Positions 1 through 13,614 of a DNA stretch of 64,000 nucleotides are shown one piece after another. The notes beneath the pieces were generated by a model. The model was not told the DNA's origin, searched no databases, and saw only the letters and a list, made by a program, of their open reading frames with translations. The position numbers were made by a program, and so were the translations under genes. This DNA is from Octopus vulgaris (lineage: Eukaryota): the NCBI GenBank assembly GCA_951406725.2, contig OX597837.1, positions 19,716,001 through 19,780,000 on the forward strand, given 5' to 3'. The first letter of the stretch is position 1. The number at the start of each line of letters is the position of its first letter.

Positions 1-119
1 TCAGAGCTCATACTGCTTTATTACCGATTCTATGCAGGAGGAAGACATTCTTCAGTTCCTCTCAAACTTATTCTTTGGTTAAGATGCTTTAGGCTCGCTC
101 AATCGGGCCACTATTTCTG

Positions 120-360
120 TTCTCAGCTATTTTTCAACATATTCACTTGAAAGAAGTACTTATTACTATCTGTCAAATAGCTAGAACCATCGGATATAAT
201 TTGAAGCTTTTAGGCCCATGTCGTGTCGGCTAACTGCACATGATCCCAACGCGCGTCTAAAATACCATTCCAGTCTCCCATTAGTACCGCAGAGCGAATC
301 TTTCCAGATAAAGCTCCTAGATGCCTGGAGAAAATTTCCTGCCCAGTCCTGCGCAGACCA
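120..360 (-). mobile_element. Decayed L1/Tx1-type LINE fragment, APE endonuclease region
   Basis: Minus-strand translation ...GQEIFSRHLGALSGKIRSAVLMGDWNGILDARWD resembles the APE motif GD(F/W)NxxLD; stops follow. Confidence 0.55.
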
Positions 361-761
361 TTTTGGTCGAAGTGAAAGAATATGGTGACTGTAACCCCTG
401 ATTAGGCAATCGTAAAATCTGTGATGTACCTGTATATGTATCTGTATGCATATGTATGTGTGTATACATATATATACATACATATATACATGCATATATA
501 TAAATATACATACATATGTATGTATGTATTTATATATGCATATAGGTGCCTATATACGTATATATATATATATATATATATATAAATACAATGTATACAA
601 ATATAGATATATGTATATGTGTGTGTGTAATAATGTCGCAAGGATATATAAATTTTCAAGAGAACGTGAAATAATGTTTTCAGCTTTCTTGTTTTCCTGT
701 CTAAAAGGGGTTTTCTATCAACCCAACACTTATCATTTATAGCTTTCTATATTTCGAGATC

Positions 762-801
<40 letters not shown>

Positions 802-1414
802 TGCATGTGTATGTTTTGAAAGTACGTATGTAAATGCATACACACACAGAGATATACTCTTGCGTTTTCAAGTAAGAGAGAAGCCCTCAGCACAAAAGTA
901 CGTTTGTTTATTAGAGTCTTTAAATCACACTGTATTAGCAATAAGTGTTCCACAGCGACTACTTATGATTGCGTAACTATCACAGACACACTCGCAAAAG
1001 TGTGGGTTTATGTATATCCACAAATACATACATACATTATATATATATATATATATATAAATATATCACACGTATGTATGTGTGTATGTATATATGTGCA
1101 CACACACACACTTATATACACATGTATACTCACGTATACATATACATGCATAGGTACATAATTTGGTTGTTGCATATATATATGTATAGGTATGTATATA
1201 TGTGTGTGTGTGTGTGCTTGTGTGTGTGTATTCATTACGTCTGTAGAATTTGTAAATGAGAGGGAGAGCAATAGAAAGCAAAGATAATTAAAGAATGCAA
1301 GACAAAACAACCTCCCTCTCCTCCTCATCTTGCTTCTCAAACCCTCTCCTGCCCTCCCTCCACCACTACCCACAAATTATCCCCTCACCCCCAACTACTC
1401 ATCTGATGTTAACG

Positions 1415-1489
<75 letters not shown>

Positions 1490-1702
1490 CAATAATAATA
1501 ATAAGTGGGCGTGGTGTGTGGGGGTGTAATTGTGAGTGGTATGTGTGTGAGGGTGTGTGTGTGTGTGGATAATTCTATGGGCGTTCGTTCCCATGGAAAC
1601 CTCGTGGCAGGATTGATGACTAAATGTGTCCAGAAATAGAAAAGTCTTATGGTTTTCATTTCGATCGTGGAAAGACACAGTTGGTAGGGCAAAGTCAACG
1701 TC

Positions 1703-1704
<2 letters not shown>

Positions 1705-1771
<67 letters not shown>

Positions 1772-1896
1772 CTTTTCTGCTGAAGTAATAATAACAATAA
1801 TGATGATAATAATAATAATGATAATAACAATAATGATGATGATGATGATGATGATGATGATTATGATGATGATGGTGGTGGTGGTGGTGGTGATGT

Positions 1897-1930
<34 letters not shown>

Positions 1931-1990
1931 GGTGATGATGATGATAATAATAATAGTAATACTAATAATAAAAACAACGACAACAGCAAA

Positions 1991-2056
<66 letters not shown>
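1705..2056. repeat. Compound trinucleotide microsatellite (AAT)n-(GAT)n-(GGT)n-(ACT)n; representative of dozens of SSR tracts in the window
   Basis: Directly visible; explains the poly-I/M/V/T ORFs. Confidence 0.97.
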
Positions 2057-2209
2057 ATTAATAGCAATAAGAACAAGATCAGCATCAAGAACACATCACA
2101 CACATAAATATCCCATATATGTATTTGTGTTCTAATATATGCAGACAACACACGTACACACACGCACACATACATATGCACTTACCTATATATGTATATA
2201 TGTATTTAC

Positions 2210-2253
<44 letters not shown>

Positions 2254-2393
2254 ACACACCTCTGTACATACCTACTCATGTATATATATATATACACACA
2301 CACATATATACATATACAGATACGTTTATGTATATATATATACATGTGTGTGCATGTGTGTGTATGTATATATATATGTGTGGGTGTGTGTGC

Positions 2394-2464
<71 letters not shown>

Positions 2465-3662
2465 TGTATGTGTGTAGCATGATATCTAGCATTATATTGC
2501 AGATTACACAAAGAGAGCAAATCAAATTCGGATATCCATAGCCTCCATTACATTGCAGACGACACTTTATAAATAAATTTCATTCTTCTTGCTTCTATAA
2601 AATAGCATACGATATTTACGGTGTACTTCTCATTCTTATAGCTGTCATTACGTTGTAGACGACTCTTATGGAGTAAATATAATTTGTACACTTCAGAGAC
2701 GGTACCTGCAGGCAACTTGAAATTATTACTTTTCTTTTAAATCAAACCAATAATTTTTAATGGATTTAATCAGTAGCATTAAAAAGATTTTCTTGAGATA
2801 ATTATATATATTCATTAAAGGTTAAATGAAATGAAAATCATTGTATTAATTAGAACTGAAGAAACGTATGACGTCATCAAACTTTAACAGCCAGCTTTGT
2901 TTCGAAATGAACAGAATCATTTCATTCCTGATATTGTAGTATTAAGTAGTGAAGAGAAATGTGTTACCCGGGATAAAACGGCAATCTATTTCAGTGAACA
3001 TTCTCAATAAAACGTCCTCGTCATATACGGGTGAGATGAAACGAGTAAGTGCTGAATTTCTGTATGCAAATATCTAGGTGAATGATATGAGTGAAGGGAA
3101 ATGGAGGCACAAAATTCCCTCACGAATCTGTCCCACAAAACCGCGGAATTAAGTCGTAAATACAATATCTGTAGCGTAGGCTTTCACCGAAAGTTTCGAT
3201 TTCTTTTCGTATTGCTAAGGGGCAATTTTTGAAAAAAATTGAGGTGATATAATCTGGATTTTAGAATCGCATCACCACGGATTCGGGATGCGTTATAAAA
3301 GATCATTTATATAAAGTCGCCGTTACATCTATCTGCTGTTGAATCAGAGTCTTAGGAGATAAAGTCCCGAAAAGAAAAGACAACTGAACAAACAAAAAAA
3401 AAAACAAGAGATCAATATTTTGCATGTAAACACGGGAGTAAAGGGTAGGAAGATGGTCAAAATACGAAGCTCTAAATATTAGCAGCAGACAGCCGTGCAG
3501 TGGTACGACATATAGTCCGAGTAGACGAAAGCCTTCTTTTTAAGAGGAAAAAATGTAGTTGGAAGAGTGGTTAAGTTTTAGAGACTTGTGTTTGTTGTAA
3601 CCAACGGTGTGTGTGCATGTATAAAGACATAATTAAAAACAATACTATACACCCACGTATAT

Positions 3663-3747
<85 letters not shown>

Positions 3748-3923
3748 CAAAATAGCCTAATGGTGTGAATTTTCTAAATTTCCTTTAGGGAAAAACAGTT
3801 TTCACACTAAATTCCAATTTAATCGAAATCTACGTGATCTGAAGCATATTTGTGGAAAAGAAATATTTAATTTTCTCAAGGTTATGAAGAAGCAAATCTT
3901 TGGGGCACAATTGTGTAGATATG

Positions 3924-3990
<67 letters not shown>

Positions 3991-5733
3991 CTCTGTAAAA
4001 ATGTATGTGTGTGTATATATCTGTATCTTTCTGTATGCATTTATACATGTATAAGTTTTAGACGATATTAGAATAATGGAATAAAAGTCAGTTATAATAA
4101 GAGATCTCCCAAAAATCTCTTTCCTTAATTTCTAACTACTGCTTCTGGCATACATATTTACGCAATTTTTATTTTGAAGTATTAAAAAAATTATTTGGAA
4201 ATTATAAATTGAAACGAATGGTAGATTCAGACTTAAAGCTACGAATTAAAAAAGAGGTTCGTGGCTTCATAGGAATAAGCGTGGAAAACTGCATCAAGAT
4301 AACCGATTTCCAGATTTTTACTTCCTTTTAAAAAATGTAGATTTTGTGAATGAAACAATCGAGATCCTGATTAAGAAATGAATGGGCATCTGAATTTAAC
4401 ATCATCACCTTCGAAATATGGCAACTTTTCAGATTATTTTATGTCAGTTTAAAAAAGGGGTTGATTTTGTGACTCAAACTAACTAGATCTAAGTACAGTG
4501 AATACCATCCTTTACAATTTGCTACTCATATGAAGTACATATGTATTTCAACAATTTCTATCAAATACACTCTCTTTCTTGAGTAGAAAAATACTCTTCT
4601 CGGCTGACAATAACTTATATGTCAGATTTTTGTACAAGTTCCAGCTGTTTTGATAAGGGAAAACGGAAAGGTTTGAAGTGATTTCATCGGCGTTTACTTG
4701 TACCAAAGAGCACTCTTTCGGTAGACAACACGTTGATCTCATAAGTGTCACGCGGTGGAAATAAACGCAATTACCAAACTTTCAATTCGTTATTTCGTTT
4801 TTTCTTGCATTTCAATGTGTACATCTGTACTCCTTATTGCGTACAAACGCATATGTAAAACGACGTCCTTTATTTTTAATCATTATCTGCTGATATCAAA
4901 ATAAGTAGTATACTGAAAAATAAAAATATTTGGGGGGGGGGGAGGATTTCTGACTACAAGGGTCAAAATGGGTTGAGAACCTTTGCTCTAAATCGTTACT
5001 AATTCTCTACTGGACCAGTGGAATCACCACTCTAGCGAGAATTGTTCCTTTGCTTTACTATATTGAATTCAGATGCACCTGTGAACAAATGGATGCATCA
5101 AAACTGATGTTCTCTGCATCGGATATTAGACCTAATCTGCATAGAAGCAGTGAAATCAAAGATGATCGATGCCACTGTTGACACTTGCAATTCGAAAACA
5201 ATAAATGTTTAGAAGACGAATTCCCACCTCGGTATTCAACCAAGACATATTTTCCTCAAATAAGCAGAGAGGTTTTTGATGAGAAAAAAAAAGAGGAAGA
5301 TTTGCCAAGGCCTTCTTCACACATAACATTTTCCATATCTCAATGTTTCCTTTAACAATGAATACCAGTGATATATTGAGGAAACCAAATTGCCTGCAAG
5401 ATATTGGCGTTGCATCTCGTCCAAATAACTCGTTATTATAAACCATGATAGCGTTCAATAGGGGAATTGATTACATTTTTGTCGCTGTGTGCTTCGGTAC
5501 AATGTGAAAGCAATTTGTCCCGATCAATAATGGAATCGGTAGCGATGTCTGCCATCACCCAGTGTTTCAGTCACGTATTCCTCGTTGGACAATTTTGGCA
5601 ACCTGACAATAGATATACACATACATACATATATGCTTAGATGAATATCCATACATACAAACACATATGCGTGTGCGAACACACTCACGTACACATACAT
5701 TTGTGTGTATATAGAAGTATATAAGCATATAAC

Positions 5734-5768
<35 letters not shown>

Positions 5769-5864
5769 GTACTTATGTACATATATCTATGTTTGCATAT
5801 GTGAGTGTGATTATCTGTACGCATGTATATATATCGATATGTACACACAGACACAGATATATGC

Positions 5865-5915
<51 letters not shown>

Positions 5916-5925
5916 TATACACACG

Positions 5926-5962
<37 letters not shown>

Positions 5963-6967
5963 GCATGTGTATATGCATACATGTACACACGTATATTCAT
6001 ACAATAACAAAATTGTTATATACATATAGTGTATCTCTCCTTGTATATGTATGTATGTGAGTGTGTATATGAGTGTGTGTATGTGTGTGTACATATACGA
6101 AGGACGTGTATATTCACATATACTTATGTAGATATAACCACATGAGAATTATTTCTGTGAATACAGCGTATAATTGGTCCACACCAACATACACACGCAA
6201 ACACAGATATTTAAACACACATGAGAACACGGATATACGCACATGTACACACACACATACAAACACACATGTATATACATGTATGGAGCTGTGTATATTT
6301 AGGTACCTAGAGCCAACTATATCCATGCGCATATACACACTTATGATAAATGCGCATATATTTGCAATTGGATGTGTATAATTTCAGATTCGCACACGTG
6401 CACGCGCGCGCGGTGCACACACTCATATTTGCATACATACCCCTACGCATACATACATGGGTGTACAGGGGTGTACATGTGTTTATCTGTCTATATGTAT
6501 ATACGTCTGTGTTTGCATGTGTGAGTATGGATATCTCAAATTTCAGACTTACACACACACACACACACACACATACACACACACATACACACACACATAC
6601 ACATACACACCAATCACACCATACACACACACACACAGCATACACAAACATATATGTGCGTACACACACGCACGCACACAGACAAACACAAACCACGCAC
6701 ACATGGCCTAGCAAGACAATTATATCCCCACCTGCACCACCACATACTGAAGTAGTATCCCCTGTTTTGTACCTGTCCAAGATCTACTGCACTTCCTTTT
6801 CACCAATTCCGTCTACAAACATTGCAATGTCGGTGCAGTGCCAATAGCGCCTGCAAGTCATTTGCACCGATCTTGCAGCGTTCGCTTCCAACACCTCACT
6901 CATACACAACAAAATTTTATTACAACAGGAAAAACAATTTATAAATAATGAACTATATATCCCTATG

Positions 6968-7015
<48 letters not shown>

Positions 7016-7106
7016 TCATTCTTTCTTTTTTCTTCCTTTCTTTCTTAGCTTCTTTCTATCTCTATGCATATGTGTGTGTATAAGTATGGTATATAAAGAC
7101 AAATAG

Positions 7107-7157
<51 letters not shown>

Positions 7158-7163
7158 TATATG

Positions 7164-7201
<38 letters not shown>

Positions 7202-7268
7202 AATGTGTGTGTATATATATATACCGATAGATACATAGATATGTTGATAAAAACATAGACAGAGGAAG

Positions 7269-7317
<49 letters not shown>

Positions 7318-7594
7318 GAGTGAGAAAGATTAGCAGGCACTATTAATACTATAATCATTTGGGAAAAAGTTATTCAATCTATTGTTAACCGGAGTTTCAC
7401 ATATGCATATATAATTATAAACTCTGAACAGACATTGCTGGCTCTTTCGTTTCAGAAACAAGTATGTATGTATGTATGTATGTATGTATGTATGTATGTA
7501 TGTATGTATGTATGTATGTATGTATGCATGTATGTATGTATGTATGTATGTATGTACGTATGTATGTATATATAAACATACATACGTATATATG

Positions 7595-7646
<52 letters not shown>

Positions 7647-7890
7647 CATACACATGTATATGTATATATATAAAGGTAAATCGAAAATAAAAACAGAAAC
7701 AAAAACAAAAAAATCAATAGGACGTACAAAGGGAATGTATTAGGTTGACAGTTTAAAATAGAAAAAAGTGGCTGTGTTTGACGACGTTTCGAGCATCGCT
7801 CTTCGCCAAAGAGCGGAAAGAGAAAAGATCCGGAGTGGAGGAAAAGAATAGTCGATGAAAAACACTTAAGTGCTAACATGGTTGAAGTGT

Positions 7891-8016
<126 letters not shown>

Positions 8017-8239
8017 ACATGCACATTTATATCTAAATCTATAAAACAGTCCTTGGACGAAAGTTGTATGCACATTTTGCTTTGACGGTTAACGGCGGCC
8101 AAACCGAGGCTATAAAGATGTGATTGCTATGGCAAAAAGAGTGATTTTTAATCTCTCAATAACGACGATTGATAGCTTCATCTCTCTGTCACTCTTTCTC
8201 TCACCACCTCTCTCACTGTACGTCTGTCTGTATCTATAG

Positions 8240-8970
8240 AGAGAAAGCGTTGACAGCCGCAAAAGTTTAAATATTCCCGCCATAGGTCTTTTAGAGCGGT
8301 GAATTATTATCGCCCCACCATGGGGGAGAGATGGAAGCCCGCAGGAGCTAAATCTGACGAATATGGCAGGTGCAGAAGCGATACCATGTTCTTTTCGGCG
8401 AGAAACCCACGAGTGAGAAAAGCTTAATTATAGGATACATTGTCGTCGGAAAGAATCCAATTCTTCGCACCCCACAGATCAATCGCTTACGTCCTCCCTC
8501 AAACGTTTCAAAGCGTCGCCATAGAAATTTTGATTAACGTTCAGGCTCTTGGCGGCGTATTTTCGATGCATAATATGGCGGATGTCGAAAAAGACGATGA
8601 GCATGCTCTTGACTGAGCCGCGGCTTGGTCGAGCCTTCTTCTCTCGCGAAGATGAAGGGCTCTTCCCTTGTGATGACCGCTGCTTTGTCTCAGAGTCGTA
8701 TCCGAAACATCCTTAATGTCTCTGTAGCAAATTTCCCAAATTTAACCCATTGACTCTTTGTTCCTGCCCATGACAAAATCGCATACTACAGCAATACACG
8801 TGATCTCCAAAGCCCAAATTTCCCCAAATTGCGAAGTATTAACAGGGATTGTCATTCGGCACACTGCCTCATGAAGGTCACTGCTAGTATTGCTTGGGCA
8901 TGCAATCGTGTGCTGCCATCTGTTTGCGCGCTGCAGAAATAGTACGGGAACTTTCTGATACCACCTTGTA
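8240..8970 (-). mobile_element. Internally deleted, decayed mariner transposon
   Basis: Minus strand: terminal TA-CAAGGTGGTATCAGAAAGTTCCCG at 8970; N-terminal EQRVN..KFATETLRMF is fused directly to GYDSETKQRSSQGKSPSS..VKSMLIVFFDIR; later LPYSSDLAPAGFHL (YSPDLAP motif). Confidence 0.8.
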
Positions 8971-9147
8971 TATATATTCGTTTGTTCTTTATTCTTTTAC
9001 TTGTTCTAGTCAATTGACTGCGCCAATGCTGGAACACCACCTTAAGCAGGGTTTAACCAAACAAATCGACTCCATGACTAATTTTCTCGGTCTCTTGGTC
9101 GAACCGCTAGATAACGGAGACGTAAACACATCAACATCGCTTGTATA

Positions 9148-9187
<40 letters not shown>

Positions 9188-9258
9188 CTCTCAGTGTCGG
9201 TCAAGCACCTATCTATTGACTGAGAAGGGAGATCAACCTCCCTACAGCAAGTGAGGAG

Positions 9259-9306
9259 TGCCATATCATCGATGATTTCGGATTGAATTAATCCTCATTA
9301 GAGACA
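9259..9306 (-). ncRNA. Degenerate type I hammerhead ribozyme motif (G5A)
   Basis: UGUCU CUAAUGA GGAUU-aauuc-AAUCC GAA AUCAUCGAUGAU A UGGCA; 5-bp stem II and perfectly palindromic stem III. Confidence 0.6.
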
Positions 9307-9531
9307 AGCAATGTTGGTGCTAATCTGCACCCTTAATCACTTTAATGACGTTTGACCCTGTGCCTTTTCGTTTTTAAATTGCTAATAGCCACTTTAACAA
9401 TTAGAGTAAACAAGAGATACAGAGTCAGGCAGAAACAAGGAAAATGCCCCTTGTATTTGAATATTATGTAAATATTCTTTTAAAAAACTTTTCTTTTAAT
9501 TTTTCCAAAATTTAATTGTCTTCCATACTTA

Positions 9532-9567
9532 CAGTTGAAAAAGTCTCAATGACTGAAACCGATACTG
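9532..9567 (+). ncRNA. Minimal type I hammerhead-like motif with U3-A8 core
   Basis: CAG UUGAAAA AGUC-ucaau-GACU GAAA CCGA UA CUG. Confidence 0.5.
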
Positions 9568-9616
9568 AAATGTTTTTCATAAAATTATTTTAGCATTTTC
9601 TACCTTGACTTTTTTC

Positions 9617-9652
<36 letters not shown>

Positions 9653-9656
9653 AATA

Positions 9657-10051
9657 TTCTTTTACTCTTTTGCTTGTTTCAGTCATTTGACTGCGGCCAT
9701 GCTGGAGCACCGCCTTTAGTCGAATCAAATCGACCCCAGGACTTATTCTTTGTAAGCGTAGTACTTATTCTATCGGTCTGTTTTGCCGAGCCGCTAAGTT
9801 TCGGGGACCTAAACACCAGCATTGGTTGTCAAGCGATGTTGGGAGGACAAACACAGATATACAACATATACACACACATGCATATATATATATACACATA
9901 TACGATGGGCTTCTTTCATTTTCCGTCTACCAAATCCACTCACAAGGCTTTGGTCGGCCCAAAGCTATAATAGGAGACACTTGCCGAAGGTGCTACGAAG
10001 TGGGAATGAACCCGGACCCATGTGGTTAGTAAACAACCTACTAACCACACA
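9657..10051 (-). mobile_element. tRNA-headed cephalopod-type SINE (family A) with internal CA/TA microsatellite
   Basis: Head gtgtggttagtaggttgtt...gggttcattcccact with A/B-box-like motifs; tail ...gactgaaacaagcaaaagagtaaa; high similarity to the copy at 46331-46756. Confidence 0.85.
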
Positions 10052-10730
10052 CTAATATATAATTATAAAATTATGTTAAAGGGTGTGGATGAACCCCACA
10101 ACACGCTAGAAATAGACGCCAAATGGCTCTAAAAAACACATCTACACTCCTTTAGTACAGGTTGTAAGCGGGCAGATGAATAAATGAATAAAAAAATTTT
10201 TTATGGTTAATTATAAATCGATCTCTGACTTAGGGTTGTAAAACTCCTTGCTGTCATTAGTACAATACGCCATAGTATATAAATGCAAATATTTATACAC
10301 AACCATACGAACAAATATATCCACGCGATTATATTCATACATTTACATGTATACACTAGTTAAATCTAATTTATTCATCTCAACCAGGTACTTTTAAGAT
10401 CAAAATAATATCGCAGTGGATGTAATTTGATCAAAGGTAAAAATATATATTTATACAAAATTATGGATATAATCATTTTAATGATTTTATCACGCTGCCA
10501 GCGTGCAATGAAACCATACAGGTAACAATTTATACTAATATATAATTATATAATATTATATTAAAGGGTGCGGATAAACACCAGGAGTCTATTTCTAGCG
10601 TGTTGGTGAGGTTTATCCACAACCTTTAATATAATTAAATATTAGTTTAAATTGTTTTATTACACGCTGGCCACTTGATAAAAATATTTATAATAGTTTT
10701 ATCCTTAATTTTGTATAAATTCATACTTTA
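10051..10730. mobile_element. Partial-tandem plus inverted repeat module, Penelope pLTR-like
   Basis: 10051-10100 is repeated directly at about 10534-10583; about 10433-10583 is inverted at about 10604-10730 (diverged). Confidence 0.55.
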
Positions 10731-10926
10731 CTCGAAAGAATCGATCCTAGTACATTTTTTAAATCTGGTAACTTATCTCATCGGTCTCTTTCCTCGAACT
10801 GCCATTTTACAGAGACATAAACATACCAACGCCGGATGTCAATAGGTGGGGGGTTACAAACATAGACACAAAGACAAACACACACACATGTATATATATT
10901 GTGTATATATATATATATTAGTTATA

Positions 10927-11451
10927 AAATGAGATAGGGGTTGAAAATTCAACCCACCATGGGATAACATATATCCAATATACTGCTAGACTGGTACCCA
11001 ATAAGACTAATACATAAATGTTAAAAATTGCCAAGCAATTAGTCCATCTACTGTATTATATGGGCAAAGGTAAAAATATTACCGTAAATTAATTCTACAA
11101 AATTAGAAAATGGAGAAACATACTTAAATCAATCAAACATCAACCAACAGATGATACCCAATCAATACTTTATTACACCATTACATATCAGTAAAGGCAT
11201 TATACAAAATATATTGTAAATATAATTAAACAAGGAAATAGAAATATAAAATATAAAATATAATATGTAATTATAATTACATATTATATTTTATATTTTA
11301 TATTTCTTTTTCCTTGTCTAATTATATTTACAATATATTTTGTATAATGCCTTTACTGATATGTAATGGTGTAATAAAGTATTGATTGGGTATCATCTGT
11401 TGGTTGATGTTTGATTGATTTAAGTATGTTTCTCCATTTTCTAATTTTGTA
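10927..11451. mobile_element. Penelope-like terminal module ending in a 356-bp spacerless palindrome; same family as 42634-43069
   Basis: Both loci start gagataggggttg..ccatgggataacatatatccaatatactgctag; arms 11096-11273 / 11274-11451; flanked by (TA)n. Confidence 0.7.
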
Positions 11452-11476
11452 TATATATATATATATATATATATAG

Positions 11477-11800
11477 GGTCTTTTAAGCAGTTGACTTAGT
11501 GGGTTTAACATTACATTTCTTGACAAAACCTTGCTTGCTTGCAAATCTCACCCTCCTCTTATTTTTTAGGTAAATAGTGAAGTGATTCGACAACCGAAAA
11601 TCATGGAACAACTGAATCATTTTGCCATTGTTGTTTTGGCGCGCACCGGGCACATTGCCAATATAATTGTTAAGTAGTCGAAACATCCAAAAGCAACAGT
11701 TTATTATGTGCATAAGCGATTTAAAGAAGGAACGATTGATAGAAAAAAACACAAGGCACGAAGGGATTCCAAGCGCAATCCAAAGTTTCTCGCTGGTCTC
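11477..11800 (+). mobile_element. 5' fragment of a Tc1/mariner-superfamily element (maT/DD37D-like N-terminal HTH)
   Basis: From ATG 11603: MEQLNHFAIVVLARTGHIANIIVK*SKHPKATVYYVHKRFKEGTIDRKKHKARRDSKRNPKFLAGL; the element begins right after (TA)n. Confidence 0.6.
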
Positions 11801-11804
11801 GGAT

Positions 11805-12898
11805 GCTCGACTCGAAAAATTGATCCAACCAAGCTCTCAATTCTGCATCAGTATTGAACGAAAGTTCGCGTAGAGCATTTGAAAGAGATCGAAAGAGGTG
11901 GAAATCCGTGAGACCAAATCAGGAGATTACATCTGGTATGGCAGCGCTTCCCAGCCATGCATGTGAATAGTTTCCTTGGTCATATTGGCGATATGAAGGC
12001 GGGCGTTGTCTTGCAGCAGAAAACTCCATGCTGATGATTAGGTCTTTTCTCTTGAATAGCCATGTTGAGTCGTTCTATCTGTTGAACATAGAGTTCCGCG
12101 TTGACCGTTTGGTTCCGTTCAAGCAATTCATAATGGATAATCCCTTCCCAGTCCCGCCATACACACAACATCGTTTTACGCGGATGAAGATCTTGTTTAC
12201 CGGGACAAAGCCATTCATTACGCTGCTTCATATTAATGTAAAGGCACCATTTTTCGTCGCCAGTAACGATTCGTTAACGAAATCGTTGCTTGTGTCCATG
12301 AGTTGAGCGGTTACGAGCAAGCAAACCTGCGGAGATTGTGACGCGTTGATTTTTGTTGTTGTCACCTAAAGCATGCGGAACCCATGCTCCATACTTCTGA
12401 ACCTTTCCCATCGAGTGAAGATGCTTCTCTATAGCAGTATGGGAGCATTCCATTTACTCTGCCAGTTTCCTTGTTATTTGACGAGAATGCTTGTACAAAA
12501 GTTGGTTTAATCTCTTTTCATCGATCTCAACCGGACGGCCAGAAGGACCTGCGTCTTTGAGGTCAAAATTTCCATTTTTGAACTTGGCATACCAATCACG
12601 AGCGGTCCTTTCAGCTATGGCACCCTCTCCATACACAGCACAAATGTCGCGAGCAGCTTTTGCGGCCTTAGAAGCTTGATTAAAAGCAAAAAGGTGTCGA
12701 AAATGCTCGTTTTTCTTAACTTGACATTCCATTTTAAACAAAAATTAACTAAAAATAACGAGAAAAAAGAAAAAAAATAGATTCCAAAATAATTCAAAAA
12801 TAGAATTCTCGTAAAAAATAGATTCCAAAATTTAAAAACGCTATAAATTCCCGAATGAAAAAAAAAAAAAAACTGCGGGAATTTAGTTGCCAACCCAA
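11805..12898 (-). mobile_element. Mariner transposon (mellifera-like), 3'-truncated, frameshifted transposase
   Basis: TIR TTGGGTTGGCAACTAAATTCCCGCAG with TA at 12899-12900; MECQVKKNEHFRH.., WVPHAL, VTGDEKW, MLCVWRDWEGIIHYELL, SPDL..DFHLFRSL. Confidence 0.93.
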
Positions 12899-13076
12899 TA
12901 CATTCCATTAGCACGGGTTGAAAGCGAAGAAATTGAACAAAGACGTTTTTAACATAAGGGTTAACCCGTGCTAATGTAGTTATTAGAGTCATTCTTTAGT
13001 ATGTGGAGCTATTTCTTTGTGCCCTTTTTATAATTATATTTAAATAATTATATACTTGTATTAATTGTTACCTATA

Positions 13077-13239
13077 GTCGCAGGAGTGGTTGTGGTAAAA
13101 AGATTACTTCCCAACCTAATGCTCCCTGGTTCAGTCCGGCTGCGTGGTACCTTGAGCAAGTGTCTTCTACTATAGCTTTGGGCCGACCAAAGCCTTGTGA
13201 GTGGATTTGGTAGACGGAAAATGAAAGAAGCCCGTCGTA

Positions 13240-13301
<62 letters not shown>

Positions 13302-13374
13302 TGTGTGTGTATATGTTGTGTATCTGTGTTTGTCCTCCCATTTGGTAGACAGAAACTGAAAGAAACTCGTCGTG

Positions 13375-13413
<39 letters not shown>

Positions 13414-13480
13414 GTATTTGTTATTTGTGTCTGTGTTTGTCCCCACCACCATCGATTGACAACCGATGTTGGTGTGTTTA
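13077..13480 (+). mobile_element. SINE family A copy with internal partial duplication, 3' truncated
   Basis: caggagtggttgtggtaa...caagtgtcttctactatagc...gagtggatttggtagacggaaa; the tttggtagac..gtgtttgtcc segment occurs twice. Confidence 0.8.
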
Positions 13481-13560
13481 TAAAATATTATAATGATTTT
13501 ATCCTTAATCACAAATATATATATGTATATATATATATATATATATCGTATATATATATC

Positions 13561-13613
<53 letters not shown>

Positions 13614-13614
<1 letters not shown>

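Noticed and set aside
4100-5620. Possible hAT or piggyBac transposase remnants (a hAT-like terminus near 4970-4985)
   Set aside because: Only isolated short peptide resemblances; a family cannot be assigned without a search.
9950-10051. tRNA gene calls at SINE heads
   Set aside because: A/B-box-like motifs are present, but there is no complete cloverleaf and they are always attached to SINE bodies.
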